Source of the DNA: Solirubrobacterales bacterium
Lineage (GTDB): Bacteria > Actinomycetota > Thermoleophilia > Solirubrobacterales > Solirubrobacteraceae
NCBI GenBank assembly: GCA_040255945.1
Contig: JBDZVZ010000004.1
Location: 19,290-83,289 of the forward strand
Length of the DNA: 64,000 nt
Reading direction: 5' to 3'
Positions within the stretch are counted from its first letter, which is position 1. The number at the start of each line of letters is the position of its first letter. The position numbers and the translations under genes were made by a program. This document shows positions 25,053-36,962 of this stretch, piece after piece. A model generated the notes under the pieces. That model saw only the letters and a list, made by a program, of their open reading frames with translations, searched no databases and had not been told where the DNA came from.

Positions 25053-27622
25053 GTCTCCGTCGTGTCACCCTCGCCGATGCCGCCGGCGTGGATGTCGCCG
25101 CCGTCGGGCGCTCCGTTCTCGCCGTCGACCGACACCTCGGTGCCTTCGACGTCGATGACCGGCTCGCCGCTCTCGCTCTCGGACTCGACGATGAGCGCCA
25201 CCGCGCTGACCTGGTCGTCCTCGCGCGGGTTCATGACGCGCACGCCGGTCGCCGAGCGGCCCTGCTGCGAGATGCCCTTGACGCTGGTGCGCTGGATCAT
25301 CCCGTGCTGGGAGATGAAGACGAGCTCCTGGTGCGGGCGGACGACGAGCGCCCCGGCGAGGCCGCCCTTCGTCTCGGTGAGCTTGATCGTCAGCACGCCC
25401 TTCGCGCCGCGCGACGTCTTGCGGTACTGGTCGATCTTCGTGCGCTTGCCGTAGCCGTTCTCGGTGACGACGAGCAGGTCCATGTCGTCGTGGGCGACGT
25501 CCATGGCGATCACCTCGCCGCCGTCCCCGACGTTCATGCCGCGCACGCCGCCGGTATCGCGGCCCATGGCCCGGGCCTCGCCCTCGGCGAACCGCACCGC
25601 CAGGCCGGCGCGCGAGACCATGATGATCTCGGAGTCCTCGTCGACCCGCCGGACGGCGATGAGCTCGTCGTCGTCGCGGATCTTGATGGCGATGATGCCG
25701 TCGGCCTTGATCGGCGTGTTGTAGGCCTGGAACTCGGTCTTCTTCACGACGCCCTTGCGCGTCGCGAAGATGAGGTACGGCGACTCGGAGAAGTCGCGCG
25801 TCGACAGGACCGACTGGACGAGCTCGTTCTCGCGCAGCGGCAGGATGTTGACGAGCGCGCGGCCCTTCGAGGTCCGTGCCCCCTCGGGCAGCTCGTAGAC
25901 CTTCGACCGGTACACCTTGCCCCGGTTCGTGAAGAACAGCAGGAAGTCGTGGGTCGAGCTGACGAAGAGGTGCTCGATGTAGTCACCTTCCTTGAGGTCC
26001 ATCCCGGTGATGCCGACCCCGCCGCGGCGCTGCTGGCGGTAGGTCGCCAGCGGCACGCGCTTGATGTAGCCGGACTTCGTGATGGTGATGACCATCTGCT
26101 GGTCGGCGATGAGGTCCTCGATGTCGAGCTCGTCCTCCGACGGTGCGATCTCCGTGCGCCGCGGGTCGGCGAACTGCTCGGAGATCTCGGCAAGCTCCTC
26201 CTTGATGAGCGTCAGCACGTTCGCCTCGTCGCCGAGCAGCTCGCGCAGCTCGCGGATGCGCTCCATGACGTCGGCGTGCTCCTGCTTGATCGCGTCGCTC
26301 TCCAGCGCGGTGAGCTGGGAGAGGCGCAGGTCGAGGATCGCGCTGGCCTGGATGGCCGAGAGGTCGAAGCGCTCGACGAGCTGCTCGCGGGCGCGCTCGC
26401 GGTCGGGCGCGGCGCGGATGAGGTCGATGATCGCGTCGAGGTTGTCCAGCGCGATGAGCAGGCCCTCGAGGACGTGCGCGCGCGCTTCCTTCTGGGTGAG
26501 CTCGTACTTCGCGCGGCGCACGACGACCTCACGCTGATGGCCGACGTAGGCGGAGAGGACCTCGCGCAGCGAGAGCGTGCGGGGGACCCCGTCGACCAGG
26601 GCCACCATGTTGACCCCGAACGTCGACTGCATCGACGTGTGCTTGTAGAGCTTGTTGAGGACGACCTTCGGGTTGACCGCGCGCTTGAGCTCGATGACCA
26701 GGCGCATGCCGCGGCGGTCGGTCTCGTCGCGCAGGTCGGAGATCTCGGGGATCTTCTTCTCGTGGACGAGGTCGGCGATCTTCGTGATGAGGCCGCCGTC
26801 GCCGCCCTTCTTCACCGCGTAGGGCAGCTCGGTGACGATGATCGCCTCCTTGCCCTGGCCGATCTCCTCGATGTGCGCGCGCGCCCGCACCTTCACGCGC
26901 CCGCGGCCGGTCTCGTAGGCGTCGCGGATGCCGGTCTTGCCCATGATGATCCCGCCGGTCGGGAAGTCCGGGCCCTTGAGGTGGGTGAGGAGCTCGTCGA
27001 CGGTGATGTGCGGGTCGTCGATGAACGCCGTCGTGGCCGCGACGACCTCGGCGAGGTTGTGGGGCGGGATGTTCGTCGCCATGCCGACGGCGATGCCGGT
27101 GCCCCCGTTGACCAGCAGGTTCGGAAAGCGCGCGGGCAGGACGACCGGCTCCGCCCTCGAGCCGTCGTAGTTCGGCGCGAAGTCGACGGTGTCCATGTCG
27201 ATGTCGCGCAGCATCTCCATGGCCAGCCGCGTCAGCCGCGACTCCGTGTAGCGCATGGCGGCCGCGGGGTCGTCGTCAACGGACCCAAAGTTGCCCTGGC
27301 CGTCGACGAGCTGGTGGCGCATCGAGAAGTCCTGGGCCAGGCGGACCAGGGTGTCGTAGATCGCCGAGTCGCCGTGCGGGTGGTAGTTGCCCATGACCTC
27401 GCCGACGACCTTGGCGCACTTGACGTACGGCCGGGTCGGGCCGAGGCCCATCTCGTTCATGGCGTACAGGACGCGCCGGTGGACGGGCTTGAGCCCGTCG
27501 CGGACGTCGGGCAGGGCGCGCCCGACGATGACCGACATGGCGTAGTCGAGGTACGCGGTGCGCATCTCGTCCTCGAGCGCGCGCGGTTCGATGTTGCCGC
27601 CGCCGATGATGTCAGTGGCCAT
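25028..27622 (-). CDS. gyrA: DNA gyrase subunit A
   Basis: [43 protein letters not shown], the [11 protein letters not shown] (QRDR) motif, C-terminal beta-pinwheel repeats and an acidic tail. Confidence 0.97.
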   Translation of the reverse strand: MATDIIGGGNIEPRALEDEMRTAYLDYAMSVIVGRALPDVRDGLKPVHRRVLYAMNEMGLGPTRPYVKCAKVVGEVMGNYHPHGDSAIYDTLVRLAQDFSMRHQLVDGQGNFGSVDDDPAAAMRYTESRLTRLAMEMLRDIDMDTVDFAPNYDGSRAEPVVLPARFPNLLVNGGTGIAVGMATNIPPHNLAEVVAATTAFIDDPHITVDELLTHLKGPDFPTGGIIMGKTGIRDAYETGRGRVKVRARAHIEEIGQGKEAIIVTELPYAVKKGGDGGLITKIADLVHEKKIPEISDLRDETDRRGMRLVIELKRAVNPKVVLNKLYKHTSMQSTFGVNMVALVDGVPRTLSLREVLSAYVGHQREVVVRRAKYELTQKEARAHVLEGLLIALDNLDAIIDLIRAAPDRERAREQLVERFDLSAIQASAILDLRLSQLTALESDAIKQEHADVMERIRELRELLGDEANVLTLIKEELAEISEQFADPRRTEIAPSEDELDIEDLIADQQMVITITKSGYIKRVPLATYRQQRRGGVGITGMDLKEGDYIEHLFVSSTHDFLLFFTNRGKVYRSKVYELPEGARTSKGRALVNILPLRENELVQSVLSTRDFSESPYLIFATRKGVVKKTEFQAYNTPIKADGIIAIKIRDDDELIAVRRVDEDSEIIMVSRAGLAVRFAEGEARAMGRDTGGVRGMNVGDGGEVIAMDVAHDDMDLLVVTENGYGKRTKIDQYRKTSRGAKGVLTIKLTETKGGLAGALVVRPHQELVFISQHGMIQRTSVKGISQQGRSATGVRVMNPREDDQVSAVALIVESESESGEPVIDVEGTEVSVDGENGAPDGGDIHAGGIGEGDTTETGEVDEDA

Positions 27623-27682
27623 GCGTCCTCACCTCCTTGAGGTCGTAAGCGATCGATTGGGGGCCCACGGAGCCGGCGCGCC

Positions 27683-30130
<2,448 letters not shown>

Positions 30131-30277
30131 TCACGCAGAACGCCCCGGCACCCAGAGCTCGGCGAGCCCGGCCGGGGCGTCAATAACTAGTGGACAGAAT
30201 GATAGCACAGCGACCCGGTCGAACCGGCGTCGAAGCCGTTACGAAAGCCCTGCAAACACGCCGAAACAGCGGCCTTG

Positions 30278-30598
30278 TCACGCGCGTTCCGACGACCAGG
30301 ACCGCGGGGTCGCCGAGCTGCAGCGCAGCGCGGTGAGGCGCTCCTCCCCCAGGGCGGCGTTGAGCTTGCCCAGCAGCTCCGGCGCCATGAGGTCCAGATC
30401 GGCCGCCCAGACCGCGCTCGAGCACGTCACGGTCAGCGTGCCGCCGTGCTCGGCGGTCGGCGTCGCCTGCGCGGCGATGAGCGGGCCGACGGCCTCGGGC
30501 CAGACGCGCTGGACCGCGCCGAGCCCGGTCTGCGGCGCCAACCGGTCGGTCAGCGCCCCCATGGCCTCCGACAGCCTGCGCGGGGCGAGCCTACCCAC
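30278..30598 (-). CDS. DUF721 (DciA-like) protein
   Basis: Small protein between recF and gyrB, the conserved actinobacterial position. ...VWPEAVGPLIAAQATP....GTLTVTCSSAVWAADLDLMAPELLGKLN resembles DUF721. Confidence 0.72.
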   Translation of the reverse strand: MGRLAPRRLSEAMGALTDRLAPQTGLGAVQRVWPEAVGPLIAAQATPTAEHGGTLTVTCSSAVWAADLDLMAPELLGKLNAALGEERLTALRCSSATPRSWSSERA

Positions 30599-30619
30599 GC
30601 CGGGAACGCCCCTCCGCGC

Positions 30620-31735
30620 TCATGCCGCCACCGCGTCGGGCTCGACGACGCCCGGGGAGACGTGCAGCCGCGTGACGCTCGGCTGCTCGGCCCCGGGCAC
30701 GTGCCCCAGGTCGGTCGTCGTGATGACCGCCTGACCCGCCCGAGCCAGCCGCGCGACGAGCAGACCGCGCCGGTCGGCGTCGAGCTCGCTCATGACGTCG
30801 TCGAGCAGCAGCAGCGGCGGCTCGCCGCGCTCGGCGGCCAACACCTCGCGCTCGGCCAGCAGCAGCGCCAGTAGCGCCAGCCGCTGCTCGCCCTGGGAGC
30901 CGAACGCCCGCAGCTCGCGCCCGTCGCGCACCAACAGGACGTCGTCGCGGTGCGGGCCGTGCTGGGTGAAACCTCGGTCGAGATCCGACGCGCGCCGCTG
31001 CGCGAGCTCCGCCGCCAGCCCGTCGGCGTCCTGGGCCCGGGTGCGCGGCCGGTAGCGCAGCTCGGCGGCGCCCGCGAGGCCGAGCTCGGCCGCCTGCTGC
31101 GGGAAGCCCTCGGCGACCCGGTCGATGGCGGCGGCGCGGTCGTCGCGCAGCGCGATGCCCCAGCGTGCGAGCTCCGCGTCCCACGCGTCGAGCGCCGCCT
31201 CGCCCACCCGCCCGGCGCGGACCCGGCCCAGCAGCGCGTTGCGCTGCGCCAACGCCCGCGCGTAGGCGGCGCGGGTACCCGCCCGGGCCGGCCACAGCGC
31301 GACGACGAGCTGGTCGAGATGGGCGCGCCGGCCCGCCGGCGGACCCTTGATGAGCTCGAGACGCTCGGGCAGGAACACGCTGACCAGCGGCCGCGCCGGG
31401 TGGTCCGACAGGCGCTCGACCGCCGCGCCGTCGACCCGCAGCCGCTTCGGCTCGCCCGGCTGGAAGCCGACGCTGAGCGCGTGCTCGCCGTCGCGGTCGC
31501 AGACGTCGACCTCCACCCGTGCCGCCGGTGCGTCGAAGCGCACGACGTCACGCTCGTTGCTCGTCCGGCACGACCGCGACGTGCACCCGAAGTACAACGC
31601 CTCCAGGAGGTTCGTCTTGCCGGCGCCGTTCGGACCGTGGACGACGGTCAGCGAGGACCCGACCTCGACGTCGGCGCTCGCGTACGTGCGGAAGTCGCGA
31701 AGGCGCAGGCGCTCCACCCGCAGGCCGACCACCAA
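30620..31735 (-). CDS. recF: DNA replication and repair protein RecF
   Basis: LRLRDFRTY....VVHGPNGAGKTNLLEALY (Walker A), the signature SQGEQRLALLALLLAE, and LLLLDDVMSELD (Walker B). Confidence 0.93.
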   Translation of the reverse strand: MVVGLRVERLRLRDFRTYASADVEVGSSLTVVHGPNGAGKTNLLEALYFGCTSRSCRTSNERDVVRFDAPAARVEVDVCDRDGEHALSVGFQPGEPKRLRVDGAAVERLSDHPARPLVSVFLPERLELIKGPPAGRRAHLDQLVVALWPARAGTRAAYARALAQRNALLGRVRAGRVGEAALDAWDAELARWGIALRDDRAAAIDRVAEGFPQQAAELGLAGAAELRYRPRTRAQDADGLAAELAQRRASDLDRGFTQHGPHRDDVLLVRDGRELRAFGSQGEQRLALLALLLAEREVLAAERGEPPLLLLDDVMSELDADRRGLLVARLARAGQAVITTTDLGHVPGAEQPSVTRLHVSPGVVEPDAVAA

Positions 31736-31738
31736 CCC

Positions 31739-32854
31739 CTACACGTTGAGCCGGATCGGCATGATGAGGTACGTGAAGCCGCTCGCGTCGGCGCCTTCGA
31801 TGAGGCCCGGCCGCAGCGGGCTGATGAGCTTCATGACGAGATCGTCGGAGCCGACGCTGTCCAGGCCGTCGCGCAGGAACTCCGGGTTGAACCCGATCTC
31901 GAACGGCTCGCCGGTGAACGGCACCGGCAGCGGCTCGCTGGCCTCACCGACGTCCGGGGTCTGGGCCGAGACGGTGAGCTCGCCCTCGGCGAACCGCAGG
32001 CGCAGCGGGGCGTTCTTCTGCGCCATGAGGCTGATGCGGCGCACGACGTCGCCGAGCTCCTCGCCGCTCATCCGCAGCTCGTGCTCGAAGCCCTCGGGCA
32101 GCAGCTGACGGTAGTTCGGGAACTGGCCGTCGATGAGCCGCGACGACAGCACGGCCCCGCCGACCTCGAAGACGACCTGGTTGGCGCGGACGCCGATCCG
32201 GATCGTCTCCGCACCCGTCGAGCCCACGACCGTGCGCAGCTCCTCGAGCGCGCGCGCCGGGACGTTGGCCTCGAAGCCGCCCTCGAGCGGGGTCTCCAGC
32301 GTCGTCTCCTTCACCGACAGCCGGTAGGAGTCGGTGGCGACCATCCGCAGCTCGGCGCCCTGGGCCGAGACGAGGATGCCGGTGAGGATCGGTCGCGTCT
32401 CGTCGCGCGAGGCCGAGCGGGCGACCATCGCGATCGTCTCGACGAATGCCGCGGCGGGAACCGTCACGACCGTGTCCCCGCCAGCCTCCGGGAGGGTCGG
32501 GAAGTCCTCGGCCCTCAACGTGCGCAGGTGGAACTTCGCCGAGCCGGCGACGACCTCGACGTCACCCTGGTCCGGCCGCAGCTCGAGGTCGACCTGCGAC
32601 GCGCTCTTGGGCAGGGAGCGCACGACGTCCAGCAGCAGGCGCGCCGGCAGGACGACGGTCCCCTCACGCACGACGTCGGCGGTCAGCGGCACCCGGAGCG
32701 AGACCTCCATGTCGGTGGCGCGCAGCTCGACGCCGCCGGGCGCCGCCACGACCTGGACGCCCGAGAGCGCCTGGACGGCGCTGCGCGTCGACGCCACGCG
32801 GGTGACGGACTGGAGTTGGGCGAGCAGCTCGGCGGCCGAGGTCGAAAGCTTCAC
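31739..32854 (-). CDS. dnaN: DNA polymerase III beta sliding clamp
   Basis: 371 aa, GTG start, in the classic dnaA-dnaN-recF position. Contains ...RLIDGQFPNYRQLLP... and ends ...FTYLIMPIRLNV. Confidence 0.95.
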   Translation of the reverse strand: MKLSTSAAELLAQLQSVTRVASTRSAVQALSGVQVVAAPGGVELRATDMEVSLRVPLTADVVREGTVVLPARLLLDVVRSLPKSASQVDLELRPDQGDVEVVAGSAKFHLRTLRAEDFPTLPEAGGDTVVTVPAAAFVETIAMVARSASRDETRPILTGILVSAQGAELRMVATDSYRLSVKETTLETPLEGGFEANVPARALEELRTVVGSTGAETIRIGVRANQVVFEVGGAVLSSRLIDGQFPNYRQLLPEGFEHELRMSGEELGDVVRRISLMAQKNAPLRLRFAEGELTVSAQTPDVGEASEPLPVPFTGEPFEIGFNPEFLRDGLDSVGSDDLVMKLISPLRPGLIEGADASGFTYLIMPIRLNV

Positions 32855-32894
32855 GATGGATTCCTCAAGAAGGGAGCTCAGGAGTCATAGGGCC

Positions 32895-32911
32895 TGTGGA
32901 TCTGTGGACAG
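32895..32911. promoter_or_regulatory. two overlapping DnaA-box-like 9-mers in the dnaA-dnaN spacer
   Basis: TGTGGATCT (32895-32903) and TGTGGACAG (32903-32911) compare with the consensus complement TGTGGA(T/C)AA. Confidence 0.45.
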
Positions 32912-32980
32912 GCGCCGGAACGTCCGGAGGGAGCGGGGTTTTCGCGCACACCAAGCACCGGAGTCTGTCAACAGGCCCGG

Positions 32981-34378
32981 TCAGAGCGTCGTGGGATCGA
33001 CGCCGCGCAGTCGGGCCGCGAGCTCCTGGGCGGTGGCGAACGCCTCGGCATCCGATCCGAGGCGCTTGCTCGCGCGCTTGCAGGCGTGCAGGACGGTCGT
33101 GTGGTCGCGGCCCCCGAACCCGCGGCCGATCGCCGGCAGGCTCTCGCTCGTGTGCTCGCGCGCGAGGTACATGGCGAGCTGTCGCGGCCAGGCGATCCGG
33201 GCGCTGCGGTTGGCCGACAGCAGCTCGTCGCGGGTGAGGCCGAAGCGCTCGGCGACCAGCGTCTGGATGCGGTCGATCGTGGGCAGTGCCGCGGCTCGGC
33301 GGGCGGCCCGGCCGTAGAGCTGGGTGAGGACCTGGTCGGCCAGGGCGCTGTCGAGCGGGGCGCCGGTCAGCGACGCATAGGCGACGACGCGGACGAGCGC
33401 GGACTCGAGGTCGCGGACGCTGTCGTCGACGCGGTCGGCGATGAGCTCGAGCACCCCCTCGTCGGCCAGGGCGATGTTGTCGTGGTGTGCGCGCATCCGC
33501 AGGACGGTGAGACGCGTGGCGCGGTCCGGGCAGCGGATGTCGACGAGCAGCCCGGACTCGAACCGCTGGCGCAGCCGGTCCTCCAGGGCCTCCATGTCGC
33601 GCGGCGGCCGGTCGGACGCCAGCACGAGCTGGCTGCCGGTCTCGTGCAGCGCGTTGAAGGTGTGGAAGAGCTCCTCGGTCGTCTTGAACTTCGACTCGAG
33701 GAACTGGATGTCGTCGACGAGCAGCACGTCGTTGCGCCGATAGCGGCGCTTGAACGCCCCGATGTCCTTGGCCCGCAGCGCGGCGATGAACTCGTTCGTG
33801 AAGCGCTCGACGGTCGTGTAGCGGACCGTCAGCCCGCCCCCGTAGGCCCGGACGTAGTTGCCGATGCTGTGTAGGAGGTGCGTCTTGCCGACGCCGGGCG
33901 GCCCGACGATGAACAGCGGGTTGTAGGCCTGGCCGGGCAGCTCGGCGACCGCGAGCGCCGCGGCGTGGGCGAACCGGTTGGCGTCGCCGATGACGAACTG
34001 CTCGAACGTGAACTTCGGGTTCAACGGGTTGTGGTCGTCGGCGAAGAGGTCGGTGACGGTCGCCGCCTCGTCGCGGCGCGGCGTCCGGACGCCGGCCGCC
34101 GCGGCGGAGGCCCGGCCGCTGGTCGATCCGGCGGCGACCTCGCGCAGGTCGACGGTCACGTCCTCGCGGCCCAGGACATGACGGGCGGCCGCGGTCAGGA
34201 CACCGACGAGGCGCGCGGCCACCCACCCGTGCGCCTCGGCCGGGGCCAGCACGACGACGCGGTCGCCCTCCAGGCCGCCGAAGTGCAGCGGTGCCAGCCA
34301 GATCTCGTAGGTCGACTCGGACACCCGGCGCCGGAGGTCGGCTTGGAGGTGGGTCCAGAGATGGGCGGCGTCGGTCAT
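32981..34378 (-). CDS. dnaA: chromosomal replication initiator DnaA
   Basis: From ATG 34378: NPKFTFEQFVIGDANRFAHAAA, GPPGVGKTHLL, LLVDDIQFL, and the C-terminal DNA-binding domain (IAWPRQLAMYLAREHT..SLPAIGRGFGGRDHTTVLHA). Confidence 0.95.
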   Translation of the reverse strand: MTDAAHLWTHLQADLRRRVSESTYEIWLAPLHFGGLEGDRVVVLAPAEAHGWVAARLVGVLTAAARHVLGREDVTVDLREVAAGSTSGRASAAAAGVRTPRRDEAATVTDLFADDHNPLNPKFTFEQFVIGDANRFAHAAALAVAELPGQAYNPLFIVGPPGVGKTHLLHSIGNYVRAYGGGLTVRYTTVERFTNEFIAALRAKDIGAFKRRYRRNDVLLVDDIQFLESKFKTTEELFHTFNALHETGSQLVLASDRPPRDMEALEDRLRQRFESGLLVDIRCPDRATRLTVLRMRAHHDNIALADEGVLELIADRVDDSVRDLESALVRVVAYASLTGAPLDSALADQVLTQLYGRAARRAAALPTIDRIQTLVAERFGLTRDELLSANRSARIAWPRQLAMYLAREHTSESLPAIGRGFGGRDHTTVLHACKRASKRLGSDAEAFATAQELAARLRGVDPTTL

Positions 34379-34578
34379 GTGCGGGCAGGGGCGCGCGACG
34401 CCGTCGAGGCGGACATCGCGAGAGATCGTGAGGAAGCGGCGCCGCCTCGTGGGTGGATTCCCACCCGCCGGGGCGCCGGCGCGACAAACGTAGCAGGTGC
34501 CCGACGGGCGCTGGGACGGGTCCCTCGGGCCGGATCGGAGAGGCCGCAAATGCCGCAGAATTCGGGCCATGCACACCC

Positions 34579-34608
34579 TGTGGACGGACCGTCCACGGCT
34601 GTGGAGAA
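34579..34608. promoter_or_regulatory. cluster of three DnaA-box-like 9-mers in the dnaA-rpmH spacer (candidate oriC core / dnaA autoregulation)
   Basis: TGTGGACGG (34579-34587); an inverted copy within CCGTCCACGG (GTCCAC core at 34591-34596); TGTGGAGAA (34600-34608). Gene orientation switches from - to + across this 308-bp spacer. Confidence 0.45.
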
Positions 34609-34686
34609 GCGGCGGGAGCCGTTCGGGCACGGCCGGTCGGTACACTGCGGCGCCCGGTCGCCACGACCACGAGGTCTTTCCCTGCC

Positions 34687-34821
34687 ATGAAGCGCACCTA
34701 CCAGCCCAAGAAGCGCAAGCGCGCCCGCACCCACGGGTTCCGCCAGCGCATGTCCACGCGCGCCGGCCGCCTGACGCTCAAGCGCCGCCGCGACAAGGGC
34801 CGCAAGCGCCTCACCGTCTGA
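34687..34821 (+). CDS. rpmH: 50S ribosomal protein L34
   Basis: [44 protein letters not shown]. Confidence 0.96.
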   Translation: MKRTYQPKKRKRARTHGFRQRMSTRAGRLTLKRRRDKGRKRLTV

Positions 34822-34823
34822 CG

Positions 34824-35258
34824 ATGGACGCGCTCCCGCGCGCGCACGGCACCCCGAAGCGCCCGAAGAAGGGCCGGTTGTCGCGCAGCGCCGAGTTCGA
34901 GCGCGTGTACCGCCAGGGCCGGTCGCTCGGCAACCGGCACCTGGTCCTCTACGTCTTCCCGCGCGGGGACGCCGTCGCGGCACCGGAGCTCAGCAGCGGC
35001 CCGCGGCTCGGGCTGTCGGTGTCGCGCAAGGTGGGCGGCGCGGTCGAGCGCAACCGCGTCAAGCGGCTGCTGCGCGAGGCGTTCGCCGGTGAGGGCCAGC
35101 GCCTGCCGGCCGACGCCGACGTCGTCGTCGTCGCCCGGCCCGAGGCGCGCGAGCTCGCCGAGCGTGAGGGCCTGGACGGGATGCGGACCGCACTCGCCGA
35201 GCTCATCGGCCGCGCCGTCGGCGACCCCAGCCGGCCGCCCTCGACCGGATCGGCCTGA
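34824..35258 (+). CDS. rnpA: ribonuclease P protein component
   Basis: Immediately follows rpmH. RLSRSAEFERVYRQGRS, GLSVSRKVGGAVERNRVKRLLREAF (RNR motif). Confidence 0.85.
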   Translation: MDALPRAHGTPKRPKKGRLSRSAEFERVYRQGRSLGNRHLVLYVFPRGDAVAAPELSSGPRLGLSVSRKVGGAVERNRVKRLLREAFAGEGQRLPADADVVVVARPEARELAEREGLDGMRTALAELIGRAVGDPSRPPSTGSA

Positions 35259-35521
35259 TGACCGTGCTGCGACGGATCTTCGTCGCGCCGATCCGCGTCT
35301 ACCAGCGCCTCATCTCACCCCTGCTGCCACGGCGCTGCAAGTACGAGCCGACGTGCTCGTCCTACGCCGCGCAGGCCGTCGAGCGGTTCGGCATACTCCG
35401 GGGCTCGGTCCTGGCCGGCTGGCGGCTGCTGCGCTGCAACCCGTGGAGCCACGGCGGCTATGACCCGGTCGAGGACCAACGCCTCTTCCGCTCCCCGCCG
35501 CGTCACGCCCGCCAGCCATGA
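35258..35521 (+). CDS. yidD: membrane protein insertion efficiency factor YidD
   Basis: IRVYQRLISPLLPRRCKYEPTCSSYAAQAVERFG..RGSVLAGWRLLRCNPW..GGYDPV. The start overlaps the rnpA stop (TGATG). Confidence 0.9.
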   Translation: MTVLRRIFVAPIRVYQRLISPLLPRRCKYEPTCSSYAAQAVERFGILRGSVLAGWRLLRCNPWSHGGYDPVEDQRLFRSPPRHARQP

Positions 35522-36438
35522 TCCTCGCGAACATCTTCCAGCCGCTCATCGACGCGTTCGAGAGCGTCCTCGTCTTCTTCCACGACACCCTCGGAGCGAG
35601 CTGGGGGCTGTCGATCATCCTCCTGACGATCATCGTGCGCGCGCTGCTCATGCCGCTGGCGGTCAAGCAGTTCCGCTCGATGCGGGCACTGCAGCGGATC
35701 GCGCCGCAGCTCAAAGAGCTGCAGACGAAGTACAAGGACGACCCGCAGCGCCGCAACCAGGAGACGATGAAGTTCTACCAGGAGCACAAGGTGAACCCGT
35801 TCGCCTCGTGCCTGCCCCTGGTCGCGCAGATCCCGGTCTTCCTGTCGCTCTTCTACATGCTGCGCAAGGATCTGCGCCACGACATCTGCCCGGACATCAA
35901 CCCAGGGCACGTCGCGAACCCGAAGCCGTGCGGGCCCACCGGCGAGTCGGAGTTCTGGTTCATCCACGACATCACCGACTCGGCGACGGGCAAGGTCCTC
36001 ATCGCGCTCATCGTCCTCTACGTCGGCTCGCAGCTCATCTCCAGCCTGCTGATGATGACGGCGACGGCCGACAAGAACCAGCGCATGATCATGCTGGTCC
36101 TGCCGTTCGTCTTCGTGCCGTTCGTCTACCAGTTCCCGGCCGGCCTGATCATGTACTGGATCACGACGAACTTCTGGACGATCGGTCAGCAGCAGTTCCT
36201 GCGCCGGATCATCGGACGCAACGAGCCGCCGATGCCGGTGATGCCCCCCTCCGACGGGGAGGGAGGGTTCTTCTCGCGGATCACGAGCGCCGTGCAGGAA
36301 GCCCAGGGCGGCGGGGCGAAACCCGCCGCCAAGGGTGCGAGCGGCGGGTCGGCGGCCACGAAGGAGAAGCGGGTGACGAAGGCCCCGCCCCCGCCGCCGC
36401 GGCAGAAGAGCAAGAAGCGCTCGGGACGGAGGCGATAG
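35518..36438 (+). CDS. yidC: membrane protein insertase YidC/Oxa1 family
   Basis: WGLSIILLTIIVRALLMPLAVKQFRSMRALQRIAPQLKELQTKYKDDPQR...KVNPFASCLPLVAQIPVF. The ATG overlaps the yidD stop (ATGA). Confidence 0.9.
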   Translation: MILANIFQPLIDAFESVLVFFHDTLGASWGLSIILLTIIVRALLMPLAVKQFRSMRALQRIAPQLKELQTKYKDDPQRRNQETMKFYQEHKVNPFASCLPLVAQIPVFLSLFYMLRKDLRHDICPDINPGHVANPKPCGPTGESEFWFIHDITDSATGKVLIALIVLYVGSQLISSLLMMTATADKNQRMIMLVLPFVFVPFVYQFPAGLIMYWITTNFWTIGQQQFLRRIIGRNEPPMPVMPPSDGEGGFFSRITSAVQEAQGGGAKPAAKGASGGSAATKEKRVTKAPPPPPRQKSKKRSGRRR

Positions 36439-36440
36439 GC

Positions 36441-36905
36441 ATGGCGGACCGGCAGGAGCAGCAGCTCCGGGAGCTGCTCGAGACCGTGGTCGGCGCGCTC
36501 GCGCTCGACGCCTCGGTGGAGATCGCGGTGCGGGCCGACGAGGAGATCGTCGGCAAGGTCGAGGGCGACGAGGTCGGCGTGTTCATCGGGCGTCACGGCC
36601 AGACGATCGACGCCGTGCAGCACCTGGCGCAGCGGATCCTGCTCGCCGACCCCGAGGCCCCGCGCCGGCGGATCGTCGTCGATGCCGCCGGCTACCGGAG
36701 CCGGCGCCGCGAGGCGCTGGAGAAGCAGGCCGACCAGGCGGCGATCGACGCCGAGCGCTACGGCCGGCCGGTCGCCCTCGACGCCATGACGGCCAGCGAG
36801 CGCAAGCTCGTCCACGAGTACCTGCGCGAACGCGGCGGCGTCGACACGCACAGCGAGGGCGACGAGCCCGAGCGGCACCTCGTCGTCACGCCGCTTCAGG
36901 CCTGA
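36441..36905 (+). CDS. jag: Jag/KhpB-type KH + R3H RNA-binding protein (short form)
   Basis: GVFIGRHGQTIDAVQHLAQRIL (KH-like) and MTASERKLVHEYLRERGGVDTHSEGDEPERHLVVTP (R3H). Conserved position after yidC. Confidence 0.85.
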   Translation: MADRQEQQLRELLETVVGALALDASVEIAVRADEEIVGKVEGDEVGVFIGRHGQTIDAVQHLAQRILLADPEAPRRRIVVDAAGYRSRRREALEKQADQAAIDAERYGRPVALDAMTASERKLVHEYLRERGGVDTHSEGDEPERHLVVTPLQA

Positions 36906-36926
36906 GGTCCCCCGCCCTCCACCCGG

Positions 36927-36942
36927 CGTTTCATGTGAAACG
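36927..36942. promoter_or_regulatory. parS-like site 1 (also the core of a 24-bp palindrome that could act as a bidirectional terminator)
   Basis: CGTTTCATGTGAAACG differs from canonical parS tGTTTCACGTGAAACa at one central position. The flanking palindrome CCGGCGTTTCATGTGAAACGCCGG spans 36923-36946, between the convergent jag and collagen-like genes. Confidence 0.55.
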
Positions 36943-36962
36943 CCGGCCGGGGGTTCCGGCGG

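Noticed and set aside
24602-25068. ORFs 24602-24862 (-), 24781-25158 (+) and 24826-25068 (-) in the gyrA-downstream spacer.
   Set aside because: They have Arg-rich, low-complexity translations and weaker third-position GC bias than real genes here. No start is properly spaced from the GGAGGTG motifs.
36923-36946. Interpreting the GTTTCA..TGAAAC palindromes purely as Rho-independent terminators or REP elements.
   Set aside because: Not fully rejected, since site 1 may also terminate transcription. However, 15/16 identity to the ParB-binding consensus, and the location next to parAB and oriC, make parS the better primary reading. Site 2 lies between divergent starts, where a terminator makes no sense.
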